Positions 34,841 to 44,394 of a DNA stretch of 64,000 nt are shown one piece after another (the first letter of the stretch is position 1; the number at the start of each line of letters is the position of its first letter). The notes beneath the pieces were generated by a model. That model saw only the letters and a program-made list of their open reading frames with translations, was not told the DNA's origin and made no database searches. The DNA lies in the NCBI GenBank assembly GCA_036488585.1, contig DASXHH010000004.1:65254-129253 (forward strand), written 5' to 3'. Position numbers and translations under genes: made by a program. The DNA is from Candidatus Saccharimonadia bacterium (GTDB lineage: Bacteria; Patescibacteriota; Saccharimonadia; UBA4664).

Positions 34841-36742
34841 CTAGGCGCTGCAGGCCGTGTGTTGAGCCGCTGTGGCGGCGGTCTGGCAGTAGTTGGGGTT
34901 GCCGTTGGCCATGTCGGCCGGCGAATTGCTGTCGAACACGGCCTTGGCGTAATACGGCCCGACCGGCTGAAGCACGAAGGTCTGGCCCACTTGCGGGTCC
35001 GGCGGGTAGGCCGGGTTGCCAGACTGGAACTTCAGCCCGATGCTCCCATCGCCAACCTGGGTGACGGTTAGGTCCGATTGGTTGGCTGCGGACCAGCTAA
35101 TGCTGGCTGACAGCCCGCTGCCCCCGGGCTTGAACGTAAGCAGGACGCCGTGTACCCGCCAGACGCCTCCGTCCTGTAGCCAGTACCCAGGGTAGGAGAA
35201 CTGGTTAGCGGGTGCGGGCAGGCTGGCGAGGTAGGCGCGGATCGCGTTCGCTGTATCCTGTTCCACCTGAAGGCTGTGCGGCAGCGACTTGTGCGAGCAA
35301 GAAGCATCCAGATGGGTCGGAGTAGCGGTGCACGACACTACTAGATCCGATCCACTGCTGGAATCACGGGTCTGTAGCGCAGACTTCTGTCCGACGACGA
35401 TGTCGGAATGAGTGTTATCGATCGCATGGACTCCGAATACGACGGTGCCAATGGAGAGGTCGCCGCCGATAGCGGTGACACCGATGTTGGGCGGCAGCCA
35501 CGGCAGGCTCTGGATTTGAGGCGAACGCTCACTGAGCCCCTGGAGCGCAGAAATGTCGGGACAGGCGCTTACATTTGGGCCATACAGGCTTATCGGCGCG
35601 GTCGATCGGCAGGCAGCCTGAAACATCGGATCGACAACGTTGGCCCAGGCACTGCCCAGGTTGGGCGTGCCGATAGTGACTTCGTAGCCGATGTACCGAC
35701 CTGCACCACCGTTAGTGGCCGCCCAGCGGACAGCGTCGCCGCCCATGGAATGGGCAACGATTACGACCCGGCCGGGACCCCCGGCTTCGGCCGAAGCGGC
35801 AGCATCGCATTTGATGGTACCGGCGAGAGCCGGTCCGATAGCCGGGTTGTCGACCCAGGATGTGTTGACCGACGAGTAGTCGAACGTGGTCACGTCGATG
35901 CCCGGAATTTTGCTGAGTACCGTGAGCATGGAATGCGGATCGCTCAGTGTGCCCCAGGCTTCCGTAGGACTGCCCAGGAAGCCGTGGACCAGAATCACGG
36001 GCAGCCTGGTACCGACCCCCGGTAGGCAGTTGGTGCTGTACGAGGATTGCAGGCGGGCCAGGGTGGTGGCCTGAAAGACAGAACGGGTAGCGGTGGTGGC
36101 GACTGTGGTCTTGGCCATCCCGCCGAGGCGCGTGCCGTAGATCAGCCAGCCGGACTTGTCCTGGTATAGGCCCGCAGTGTAGACCCGGCCTTGCGCGTCA
36201 CCTGCTTGCACGAGCCCGAGATGGCCCTGGCTTCGGAAAGTCGACGCGTTGAATTTGACACCGGTGAGTCCCGGCTGCGTTATTGCGCCTCCGGGAACCA
36301 TTGCCAGGTCGGGTGCGAGGGCGCGGGCCTGAACACTGCGGTCTGTTGAATTGACCTCACGCTCCAGCACATGAAGGTTGGCTTGGAGCGCGGTCTCAGT
36401 ACGGGAGCTCGGCCCGCTGCTCGGGGCTGGCTGCCCGCCGTTCGGGGTTGGACCGGGGGCTGGCGGCATGTGAGCCGGCGCGGTCCCGGTCCAGACCGGC
36501 GCTGAAGCTGCTGCGCTGGAGGTCGAGGTAGGCGCCGAAGAAGAAGTGGTAGGCGCGGGCGATCGCTCAGCCGCGTGGACCGGCTGCTGGGCTGAGTGAT
36601 GGAAGAACAGATACCATGTCCAGAGAAACACGGCCACGATGCCCATTACAACTACCGAGACCCGCACCAATATGTCGAGCCTGGTGAGTCGTTGCCAGGA
36701 CTGGCGCGAGAAGGGCCAGATCGACCCTCGCCCATCCCTCAT
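34841..36742 (-). CDS. membrane-anchored alpha/beta hydrolase (lipase/esterase-like) with large C-terminal domain
   Basis: N-terminal TM plus Pro/Ser-rich linker. VILVHGFLGS and AHSMGG (GxSxG) are typical of lipase class 2/PGAP1-like folds. Confidence 0.7.
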   Translation of the reverse strand: MRDGRGSIWPFSRQSWQRLTRLDILVRVSVVVMGIVAVFLWTWYLFFHHSAQQPVHAAERSPAPTTSSSAPTSTSSAAASAPVWTGTAPAHMPPAPGPTPNGGQPAPSSGPSSRTETALQANLHVLEREVNSTDRSVQARALAPDLAMVPGGAITQPGLTGVKFNASTFRSQGHLGLVQAGDAQGRVYTAGLYQDKSGWLIYGTRLGGMAKTTVATTATRSVFQATTLARLQSSYSTNCLPGVGTRLPVILVHGFLGSPTEAWGTLSDPHSMLTVLSKIPGIDVTTFDYSSVNTSWVDNPAIGPALAGTIKCDAAASAEAGGPGRVVIVAHSMGGDAVRWAATNGGAGRYIGYEVTIGTPNLGSAWANVVDPMFQAACRSTAPISLYGPNVSACPDISALQGLSERSPQIQSLPWLPPNIGVTAIGGDLSIGTVVFGVHAIDNTHSDIVVGQKSALQTRDSSSGSDLVVSCTATPTHLDASCSHKSLPHSLQVEQDTANAIRAYLASLPAPANQFSYPGYWLQDGGVWRVHGVLLTFKPGGSGLSASISWSAANQSDLTVTQVGDGSIGLKFQSGNPAYPPDPQVGQTFVLQPVGPYYAKAVFDSNSPADMANGNPNYCQTAATAAQHTACSA

Positions 36743-36875
36743 CGGGCTTCCCCTTTCGATCGGAAACGTGAAAGGCCTAGTAAGGAAATGGGCCGTAATG
36801 GCCCTTCTTTACCGCTGCGTTACGATACTATAATTGCGTACTTCCATCAACAGACGGAATACTAGTTGCTGTGAC

Positions 36876-37055
36876 TTAGCGGCCGACGTTGGTGACGAAG
36901 GCGTAAATGGCCATGAGGACGGCGAAGGCCCAGGAACCCCAGTGTGGGGACCAATCGGGGGTGCGGCGGAGGTGGTAGTAGAGCCATTCGGCGGCGCGGA
37001 GACCCAAGAAGACTAAGGTGAAGATGGCAAAGGCGGTGAGGAGCGACCTAAGCAT
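36876..37055 (-). CDS. possible small membrane protein (59 aa), not in ORF track
   Basis: Manual translation: MLRSLLTAFAIFTLVFLGLRAAEWLYYHLRRTPDWSPHWGSWAFAVLMAIYAFVTNVGR, with two hydrophobic helices. AGGGG 7 nt upstream. Followed by hairpin GGGCCATTACGGCCC. Confidence 0.3.
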   Translation of the reverse strand: MLRSLLTAFAIFTLVFLGLRAAEWLYYHLRRTPDWSPHWGSWAFAVLMAIYAFVTNVGR

Positions 37056-37064
37056 ACGCCGCCC

Positions 37065-37514
37065 CTATTTGCCGTCTATACCAAGCTTTTTGGCAATGGT
37101 ATCGAGTACCTGGCGAGGTGTGAGTTCGGCTTTCACCAGATACTCGGCGCCGTACGAGATGGCTTTTTTGCGATCGCCCACGTCGTTGGAGTTGGTGAGG
37201 ACGATGACGGGCATGGAGCCGAAATCGAAGCCATCGCTTTGCAGCGCGCCCAGTACCTCCAGGCCGGTGAGCTCAGGCATGTTGAGGTCGAGGACGGCGA
37301 GGTCCGGGCGCTGGGCCTTAATGGACTCGTAGGCCTCGCGGCCGTTGGTTTTGAGCACCACCTTAAAGCCGGCGCCCTCCAGCTTAATCTGGTACATGCG
37401 TGAAATAAATGGGTCGTCCTCGGCAATGAGAATAGTCTTACCGCCCCCGGATTGGGTGTCCTTGGATTCGGTTTTGGGTTCGTCAGTGGGACTGGGCATG
37501 TTTGGTGTCCTCAT
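37065..37514 (-). CDS. single-domain response regulator (CheY-like receiver)
   Basis: ILIAEDDPF...LAVLDLNMPELTG...VIVLTNSND...KAEL. No output domain. Overlaps the 3' end of the upstream kinase gene. Confidence 0.8.
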   Translation of the reverse strand: MRTPNMPSPTDEPKTESKDTQSGGGKTILIAEDDPFISRMYQIKLEGAGFKVVLKTNGREAYESIKAQRPDLAVLDLNMPELTGLEVLGALQSDGFDFGSMPVIVLTNSNDVGDRKKAISYGAEYLVKAELTPRQVLDTIAKKLGIDGK

Positions 37515-39663
37515 GTTTTACGGGTTTGGGCTTGAACGGCAGTTCGAAGCCGAATGTCGAGCCCTTACCCTCTACGCTGTTGAATATAATTGTACCATCC
37601 TGGTCTTGGATAACGCGCTTGGCCAGATATAGGCCCAGCCCGGTGCCGTCAGGCCGGACGATTTGGGCGTTTTCGGCGCGATAAAACTTAGTGAAGAGTT
37701 TTCTGCGGGCTTGTTCGGGCACACCGATGCCGGTGTCGTGAACCTCCAGATGAACCATGTCGCCGGTTTGTTTGAGGACCACTCGAACTTCGCCTTTTTG
37801 GGTGTAATAGATGGCGTTGTCGATGAAGTTCATGACCACCTGGCGAGTCTTGTTTTCGTCGATTTCCACAGGCGGGAGCGGATGATCGGGCCGGTCGAAC
37901 ACCAACTTAAGGCCCTTGCCGTCGGCATGCTGGGTGGCTTGGCGAACCTCATCTTCGATCATCTGCACCATGTCGGTGGGGGTGCGCTGGATGAGGAAAC
38001 GGCCCGCGTTAAGACGGGAGATGTTGAGCAGATCAGAAATGAGATTCACCATGCGCTCAGAGGAGTCGAAAGCGAACTGAGCAAATTCTTTTTGGCCCGG
38101 CGAGATGGGGCCGGCGTCGCCTTCAAGCATCATCGATAGGTAACCTTTGATGGTGGTAAGCGGGGTGCGGAGCTGGTGTGAGGCCATGGAAATGAACTCA
38201 TCTTTGGCCTTATCGAGCTCTTTGAGATGGCGGTTGGCGACCCGCAGGCGATTGGTAGCGTGGTCTACACGGGCCTGGAGCGATGCGTTGAAGGCCTGGA
38301 TTTCAGCGTAGGCCTTGGCGTTTAGAATTGCCACCGCTAGCTCGTTACGAATGATTTCGAGCAGCGCGATGTCTTGGTTGGAGTAGATATCACCGGAGAG
38401 TTTGTCGCCGAGGAGGAAGTAACCCACAAACTGGTCATGGGTGGACAGCATCATACTTATGCGTACGCCATGACCTTCCAGGAGACTTTTGCGCTCGCCT
38501 CCCTCGAGCTCGTCGGCCACCAGAATGCTGCGGTTAAGGCGCCGCAACTCTGGCGCCACCATGAGCCTATGCGGGAGCGGGCCGTAATGCTCGATGCGGT
38601 AGACACTGTCATTGTTAAACACAATAATCTGACCGAACTGGATGCGCAGACTATCACATAGGGTGGTGAGGGCTTTTTTGAGGATGCGATTGAGGTCGAG
38701 CTCAGAGACTAGAATCTGAGTGAAATTATTGAGAACAACCTGGGAATCATAATGGTCACGATAGAAAACTCTTTCTGTGATTCGTTCAAAGAAGCGACGA
38801 AGCTGCTGAAATGTGAGGGCGAGTATGAGCGCCATCGCCAGGTATACGAAGCTTTGAGAGACTTCCACCCTGTGTGCAGGGAACAGAACCTGCGAAATCG
38901 CAAAAATGGCAAGAACATAAATAACCGCCACAGTGGCGAGGACAAGAACAAATGCAACGGACCTAGCTACGGCTAGGCGGATGTCAAAAAGCCGGTGTTT
39001 GACTATGGCATACGATATGCCACAAACAAGAAAAAGGGTTGAAAATGGACCATAGTTTGCGAGCGTGAAGTTGTGCGCTAATAATGGCAGGATTAAGTTG
39101 GTCGTAAGCGCCACCACAAATGATGACAGGATACCAGCAATAATATAGCCGAGCCGAGCACGCGTAGAGCCTGTGGAGTGCTTGAAAGAGAACAGGAATA
39201 TCCCAAGGGCTAGTCCGAAATACGCAATAAGGTATGCGAAATACATAGGTACAGCAGGCCCAAATACTATTCCGACCCCTTGGGGAACAATAGTAATACC
39301 TTCAACTACCAGCTTAGTAGAACTTAAGCCCGACTCAACGAATGCTATTAGGGTTGCCGAAACGACGAGCCATTTTGAGGTGCGCCCTAGAATTCCCGTA
39401 AATGAAGCACTAAAGCCTAGCACGAAGAAGGCAGACAAGGCCGGGAAGACAAAAATGGCAGAATTTAATACAAGAAGAACACCAGAGCTTTGGGTAGAAT
39501 CATTGCTAAAGTAGTTTGTAACCAGCCAACCGATAACAGTAAGTACGAAACCAAAGAAGAATAGATTCGACTTATCCTGTTTGTTCTTCAGAAGAACAAA
39601 CAGCCCAATCATCAGATGAATTAGGCATATCAGAACTAGTGCTATTACGCTTACGCCCACCAT
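37483..39663 (-). CDS. multi-TM sensor histidine kinase (7TM-type sensor + GAF-like + HisKA + HATPase_c)
   Basis: About 7 N-terminal TM helices and a central region. H-box SMASHQLRTPLTTIKGY. NAIYYT, DTGIGV and GTGLGL boxes. Confidence 0.85.
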   Translation of the reverse strand: MVGVSVIALVLICLIHLMIGLFVLLKNKQDKSNLFFFGFVLTVIGWLVTNYFSNDSTQSSGVLLVLNSAIFVFPALSAFFVLGFSASFTGILGRTSKWLVVSATLIAFVESGLSSTKLVVEGITIVPQGVGIVFGPAVPMYFAYLIAYFGLALGIFLFSFKHSTGSTRARLGYIIAGILSSFVVALTTNLILPLLAHNFTLANYGPFSTLFLVCGISYAIVKHRLFDIRLAVARSVAFVLVLATVAVIYVLAIFAISQVLFPAHRVEVSQSFVYLAMALILALTFQQLRRFFERITERVFYRDHYDSQVVLNNFTQILVSELDLNRILKKALTTLCDSLRIQFGQIIVFNNDSVYRIEHYGPLPHRLMVAPELRRLNRSILVADELEGGERKSLLEGHGVRISMMLSTHDQFVGYFLLGDKLSGDIYSNQDIALLEIIRNELAVAILNAKAYAEIQAFNASLQARVDHATNRLRVANRHLKELDKAKDEFISMASHQLRTPLTTIKGYLSMMLEGDAGPISPGQKEFAQFAFDSSERMVNLISDLLNISRLNAGRFLIQRTPTDMVQMIEDEVRQATQHADGKGLKLVFDRPDHPLPPVEIDENKTRQVVMNFIDNAIYYTQKGEVRVVLKQTGDMVHLEVHDTGIGVPEQARRKLFTKFYRAENAQIVRPDGTGLGLYLAKRVIQDQDGTIIFNSVEGKGSTFGFELPFKPKPVKHEDTKHAQSH

Positions 39664-39709
39664 TGGTTATAGTATATATCAAAGAGCTTGTGCTTGTTGT
39701 GGTACCTCG

Positions 39710-40606
39710 CTAACCAAGGTCCATGGGGTCATGTAGCCGTAATGCATTTAGCAGGAGTGCCTTGAATAGCGTTGCATGATGGTGCAGAAAGGGCCATCTG
39801 ATTAACCGGCTCGTACGTTCTTTCACGTCAATATGGAGGACTGCTGGTGCAGGAGGCTGAACTTTGAACCCAACAAGAAGCCCAAGAACGAGTGTGGCGG
39901 TCATTGAAGCACAGAGATCAACGGCAGGAGCGATTGCCGGCGCTTCAATACTCCCGTCTGATACCGCCCGCAATACTTGAAGATCGCCATAGCTCGGGAT
40001 ATGGGGCAGCCAACGCCACAGGTTAACTTTCGCATTCCCTGAGTTGAATTGCTCCAAGTTTATATCTTTTGATAAACCCAGATATCTTTCATAGGCATAC
40101 CCAACTGGATCAAACCAAGTTACCGTTGCACCAAAACCAATTTCTACTCCCATAACTAGCGCAATCTTCTTATCTCGTGCCAATCGGGCAAGTTGTATGC
40201 CAAGCTGAGGAAGTTTGAAGTCTATTGCCTCAATAATGAGGTCGCTGCCAGAGACAAAATCCCTGATATTGGAATCGTTGATTCCGATTTCGAGTAAATC
40301 AAGCTTAATCTTAGGGTTGATGTCGCGGCACAGTTTAGCAATTGTATCTGCCTTGGATTTGCCAATTGTGCTTTGGTAGCTCCCCTCTTGACGATTTAAG
40401 TTTGATATAGAAAAGACTTCAGGATCTGCAATTTTCAGATGCCCCACTCCGAGGCGCGTGAGCTCAACTGCGATTCTGCCACCGACGCCCCCCACACCTG
40501 CAATGGCTATGGTGGAGTTCCCAAGCTTGTCTTGTTGGGTTTTACTAATAAATCCAGTATTTCTGCTTAGGTGATTTTCTTCCGGTTCACGCTTCATCGA
40601 CTGCAT
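39710..40606 (-). CDS. ThiF/MoeB/HesA-family E1-like adenylyltransferase
   Basis: Rossmann P-loop IAIAGVGGVGGRIAVELTRLGVGHLKIAD. No obvious C-terminal CxxC or rhodanese domain. Confidence 0.8.
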   Translation of the reverse strand: MQSMKREPEENHLSRNTGFISKTQQDKLGNSTIAIAGVGGVGGRIAVELTRLGVGHLKIADPEVFSISNLNRQEGSYQSTIGKSKADTIAKLCRDINPKIKLDLLEIGINDSNIRDFVSGSDLIIEAIDFKLPQLGIQLARLARDKKIALVMGVEIGFGATVTWFDPVGYAYERYLGLSKDINLEQFNSGNAKVNLWRWLPHIPSYGDLQVLRAVSDGSIEAPAIAPAVDLCASMTATLVLGLLVGFKVQPPAPAVLHIDVKERTSRLIRWPFLHHHATLFKALLLNALRLHDPMDLG

Positions 40607-41420
40607 CTCTTAATACTTCATCGCCACGACTATAGTTTAATGCTCTCAGATGATGAGGTTTGAGATATTTAGTGGGAAGCCCCTCCAGGAAGAACCGAAT
40701 ATACTCCCGGTGAAGAAGACGCTGGGCGGGGTTAAGGCTTCTAGAGTTTGAGATCATTATATCCAGCGAGCGATCAACCTCAAGCGCGGCCGGTATGACC
40801 CTACTCCCCATATAGAAGGTTTCTTCACCTATCTGCATAAGAGCATCACGAAACAAGAACTTGAGTCGGTTGTAGTAGATCGCATCACATGCCATTAACC
40901 AAAGTTGGTGCTGAGCCCGAACCGAATGCTGCCATAATGCACGATAAATTAGGAAGCTAGCGAAGCTTGAGTAGCCTTTTCGTTTTGCTAGAGCTGAAAT
41001 CTCCACACATTGCATGGGATCTAACGATTCTATGGCTTTACGAACGTTATTTTCAAGTTTCAGCTTTTCCATGGTCGGGAAGGAAGCGTGGCCTTTCTTA
41101 CCTTTAGGGTGGATCTGCCTAGCTGTGGCGACAATTTGCTCCTCGCTACCGTTCATTTCCACGACAACAAAATATGTCGCGTGAGACTGATATGGGTCAT
41201 GCTCAACAGAGATGGTGCCATTTGCGTCTATATGGCCGGGCTCTATATATCCGTTTTCAAGATACACCTCGGCATGGAGACGCTTTGCTTGGTGAAGATG
41301 AGTTTGTTTGGTTACACGTAACACCTTCAGGTTCGGGTGCCCAGATCTCAGAAGGCGACGGTACGCGAGCATCCTTGAAATTTTTCGGATCATTAAGAGT
41401 CCTTTTGCTTGCCTTAACAT
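40587..41420 (-). CDS. GNAT-fold autoinducer-synthase / N-acyl amino acid synthase-like protein
   Basis: AKRLHAEVYLENGYIEPGHIDANGTISVEHDPYQSHATYFVVV follows the a.rLR..VY.eelg....dg.E.DeyD..a.h.l pattern of LuxI/N-acyl-amino-acid-synthase (PEP-CTERM-associated) families. Call by motif only. Confidence 0.45.
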   Translation of the reverse strand: MLRQAKGLLMIRKISRMLAYRRLLRSGHPNLKVLRVTKQTHLHQAKRLHAEVYLENGYIEPGHIDANGTISVEHDPYQSHATYFVVVEMNGSEEQIVATARQIHPKGKKGHASFPTMEKLKLENNVRKAIESLDPMQCVEISALAKRKGYSSFASFLIYRALWQHSVRAQHQLWLMACDAIYYNRLKFLFRDALMQIGEETFYMGSRVIPAALEVDRSLDIMISNSRSLNPAQRLLHREYIRFFLEGLPTKYLKPHHLRALNYSRGDEVLRDAVDEA

Positions 41421-41463
41421 GGCATTATGGTAAAAATATAGCAGCTACTAATATAAGAATGAA

Positions 41464-42135
41464 GTGATAGACACAGATCGTGCCGCTCCGAAAGTAACAT
41501 GGCTTGATTCCGATGTTGCGGCTCGGATTATCCACGCAAACTCATTATTATGCTATTGGTTATCAAAGGGAGTTGGCAATTTACTTAGCCACTCTACTCG
41601 CATTTCTCTAGACGAGGGAGATATTGACCCCAAGTCACTCTATGTTGTTGCTGCAAATCACCAGTGTCGCATTGATCCTTTTCTGATTTGTGCACAGATG
41701 CCATACTCCGCATGGAAAAGGCTCGGAGACTTCAGATACTTTCTCTACAATCCGTTATTGGACATACCCGTGTTGGGGTCTGTTTTGCGCGGACTTGGTT
41801 GCTTTCCTGCAAAATATCACACAAAGTACCCATACGGCTTAGGCTACGCCACAGAACAGCTCTCAAAAGGAAGAAGCATATTTATATTCCCCGAGGGACG
41901 CCGTACGATTCAGGGAGAATACCCCGCACACAATGGAGTGGCAGTGCTCGCAAAGCTCCCACGGGTGATGATAATCCCTGCACATATTGAATGGCGCGAT
42001 CGAGGGGCTTGGCATGGCTTTAAAATCGGCATCGGAAAGCCTTTTAACGGCAAAGACCTGACGGCACAAGAGATACTCAATAGAGTATATGAAGTTCCGG
42101 TTGATAAGCCCTTACGGATAAGAACGAGAGCTTAA
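41464..42135 (+). CDS. lysophospholipid acyltransferase (PlsC/LPLAT family)
   Basis: VVAANHQCRIDPFL (HX4D acyltransferase motif) and FPEGRRT (motif III). Confidence 0.75.
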   Translation: MIDTDRAAPKVTWLDSDVAARIIHANSLLCYWLSKGVGNLLSHSTRISLDEGDIDPKSLYVVAANHQCRIDPFLICAQMPYSAWKRLGDFRYFLYNPLLDIPVLGSVLRGLGCFPAKYHTKYPYGLGYATEQLSKGRSIFIFPEGRRTIQGEYPAHNGVAVLAKLPRVMIIPAHIEWRDRGAWHGFKIGIGKPFNGKDLTAQEILNRVYEVPVDKPLRIRTRA

Positions 42136-43121
42136 TGAATAATAGTTACCCTAACGAAGCGAGCGATATAAACCCAAAACACATTGAGCTATTGAATGCC
42201 AGCCTCCGGGCGCCCTCTGCACACAATGCGCAGCCCTGGCGAATAAAGCCAATAGACAGCCACAAATACGAATTACATTACATTCAAAGCTCTGACCTAC
42301 CAGAAGACCCAAACAATAAGGACGCGTATCTCACAATGGGTGCCTTCGTGGAGACAATGGCCTTGCAAGCTCCAAATTTTGATCTTAGTGTGAAAGTTGA
42401 GGCGGTTTTGACCCGCCATGATACGGATTTCCTCATGGCTATGGTGACAATTGACGACACGAAAGATAGCCATGCCGACCCCTTGAGTAAGTGGGTAGAC
42501 AAAAGGGTTACGAATAGAAATAGCTACCTAAAAGAAGACTTGCCGCCAGAGCTTGAAGTCAAGCTAAAGAACCTAGGAAACGTGCTATTAGATCCAAAGT
42601 TACTGAAGGGTGCTGTCCTTGAGGCTAGCATGAAGGGCTGGTCAAATAGGAGATTTGTTTCAGATTTGAAGAATTGGCTCAGAACTGATGATTCTGCACC
42701 CGATGGTCTGAGCGTGGGCCTGATGAACTTAACGGCAATAGATGTTATGGCCCTACGCTTCGCGTTCTGGAAGGGCAGCTTTAAGTCGAAGTTAATGCAG
42801 TGGGTGTTTTCTTCAAGCGAAGTGTCTATGTTTGCAACAGCCCCGAAGGTGGCAGTGCTTACTTCGCCTGGCATGACCCCCTCGGCCCTCTTTGGGGCTG
42901 GTAGAAGGTTGCTACGGTCTTGGGTAGAAATTACTTCTGCTGGTTACACCACACAACCATACTCAGTGGGAGTGGATGACGAGGCTGCGGCTCTCAAGGT
43001 GGCGGAGGTGGCCGGCGGCGGAGTACCTGTGGCACTTTACAGGATAGGTAAGCCCTCGAAGCCCTTGAGTGCCCCCTCGCACAGAAGGCCTCTTAGCGAC
43101 GTGCTCATACCACGTTCGTAG
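42135..43121 (+). CDS. nitroreductase-superfamily protein, long form (SagB-type dehydrogenase-like?)
   Basis: LRAPSAHNAQPWRIKP is the nitroreductase FMN-binding signature. At 328 aa it is much longer than classical NfsA/NfsB, closer to SagB/McbC-type or Acg-type. Confidence 0.6.
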   Translation: MNNSYPNEASDINPKHIELLNASLRAPSAHNAQPWRIKPIDSHKYELHYIQSSDLPEDPNNKDAYLTMGAFVETMALQAPNFDLSVKVEAVLTRHDTDFLMAMVTIDDTKDSHADPLSKWVDKRVTNRNSYLKEDLPPELEVKLKNLGNVLLDPKLLKGAVLEASMKGWSNRRFVSDLKNWLRTDDSAPDGLSVGLMNLTAIDVMALRFAFWKGSFKSKLMQWVFSSSEVSMFATAPKVAVLTSPGMTPSALFGAGRRLLRSWVEITSAGYTTQPYSVGVDDEAAALKVAEVAGGGVPVALYRIGKPSKPLSAPSHRRPLSDVLIPRS

Positions 43122-43214
43122 CTAAGCCGTTTGACGCCATGGAATGAGCGCACAAGAGATATTGGACCGGATACTGGCGTTGCCGGTAAAGTAACAAGCG
43201 CCTATACTGAGCAC

Positions 43215-43598
43215 ATGAGTAACCAAAAAGTCAAAGTCGCAATTATCGAGGACGATATTGCGATTGTTCAGATGTACCGGACCAAGTTTGAGAACGAGGG
43301 CTACGAGGTGGCGACTGCCGGCGATGGCGTGACGGGCCTGGAGCTAATTGAGTCGTTTGACCCCGATATAATTTTGCTCGACTTAATGATGCCGAACATG
43401 AACGGGCTCGACATGCTGAGCAAACTGCGGTCGCAGCCGAATGGTCGTGAGGCCAAGGTGGTGGTGCTGACAAACATGGGTGATACCGAGACTGCGACTA
43501 AGGTATACAAGATGGCGGCCGATGATTACATCGTGAAGGCCGAGATGACGCCAAAGGAAGTAGCCGAGCGCGTACGGGCGCTATTGGCGAAAAAGTAA
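43215..43598 (+). CDS. single-domain response regulator (CheY-like receiver)
   Basis: KVAIIEDD...ILLDLMMPNMNG...VVVLTNMGD...VKAE. No output domain. Confidence 0.8.
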   Translation: MSNQKVKVAIIEDDIAIVQMYRTKFENEGYEVATAGDGVTGLELIESFDPDIILLDLMMPNMNGLDMLSKLRSQPNGREAKVVVLTNMGDTETATKVYKMAADDYIVKAEMTPKEVAERVRALLAKK

Positions 43599-43614
43599 GC
43601 TAATCCGCGACTGG

Positions 43615-44385
43615 CTACGGGCGGCGCTGGGCGGCGATGAGGAGATTGTCGAATAAGGCGGTCACTGTCATGGGGCCGACGCCGCCAGGATTGGGCGTGA
43701 TGGTAAGATCGTCACGGTCATAGAGTGCTGGGTCGAGTTCGGGCACGGGTGAGCCGGCGTCTACTACCACGGCGCCGTGTTTAACCATGTCTGATTTAAC
43801 GAGGTGCTCGCGGCCAGTGGCGGTGAAGATGGCTTCGGCCTGGAGGGTGGCAGCTGGAAGGTCTTCGGTGTGGATATCGCAGCGCACAACATCATGGCCG
43901 GAGGCGGCGAGGCGGTCGGCCAGCGGTTTACCCACCAGTCTCCCCTGCCCCACCACCACGATGCGGCCGTGCAGGTCAACGTTGTGGGCGGCCAGTAGCC
44001 AGAGCACTGCCTTCGGCGTGGCGGCCTCAAACGGCGATCCAGGCGCAAGGCCGTCGACGTCTTTGCGGAGGTCGACGGCGGCGGTAGCGATGGCGGTGAT
44101 TTTGGGATCGGTGAGCGGCAGCTGAATGATAATGCCGGTGACGGTGCTGTCGCGGTTGAGCTCATCGATGCGGCCGAGGATAGTGCCCGAAGTTTCCACA
44201 TACAGGTCCACCGGCACACCAATGTCTTCGCCGTACGCTCGCTTCATTTTGAGGTAAAGATCGCCGGCCTCATTGTCCCTCGAGCGAATGATGGCCAAGC
44301 GGGGCGGCACCGATAGGCCGGCTACCTGCCCGGCATGGCGCTGTTTAATAAAATCGGCGGCCGCGCGGCCGTCTAGCAGTTTCAT
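43615..44385 (-). CDS. folD: bifunctional methylenetetrahydrofolate dehydrogenase/cyclohydrolase
   Basis: MKLLDGRAAA..., ...GIIIQLPLT..., ...VVVGQGRLVGKPLA... and ...VVVDAG... are FolD hallmark blocks. Confidence 0.9.
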   Translation of the reverse strand: MKLLDGRAAADFIKQRHAGQVAGLSVPPRLAIIRSRDNEAGDLYLKMKRAYGEDIGVPVDLYVETSGTILGRIDELNRDSTVTGIIIQLPLTDPKITAIATAAVDLRKDVDGLAPGSPFEAATPKAVLWLLAAHNVDLHGRIVVVGQGRLVGKPLADRLAASGHDVVRCDIHTEDLPAATLQAEAIFTATGREHLVKSDMVKHGAVVVDAGSPVPELDPALYDRDDLTITPNPGGVGPMTVTALFDNLLIAAQRRP

Positions 44386-44394
44386 GGTATTAGT

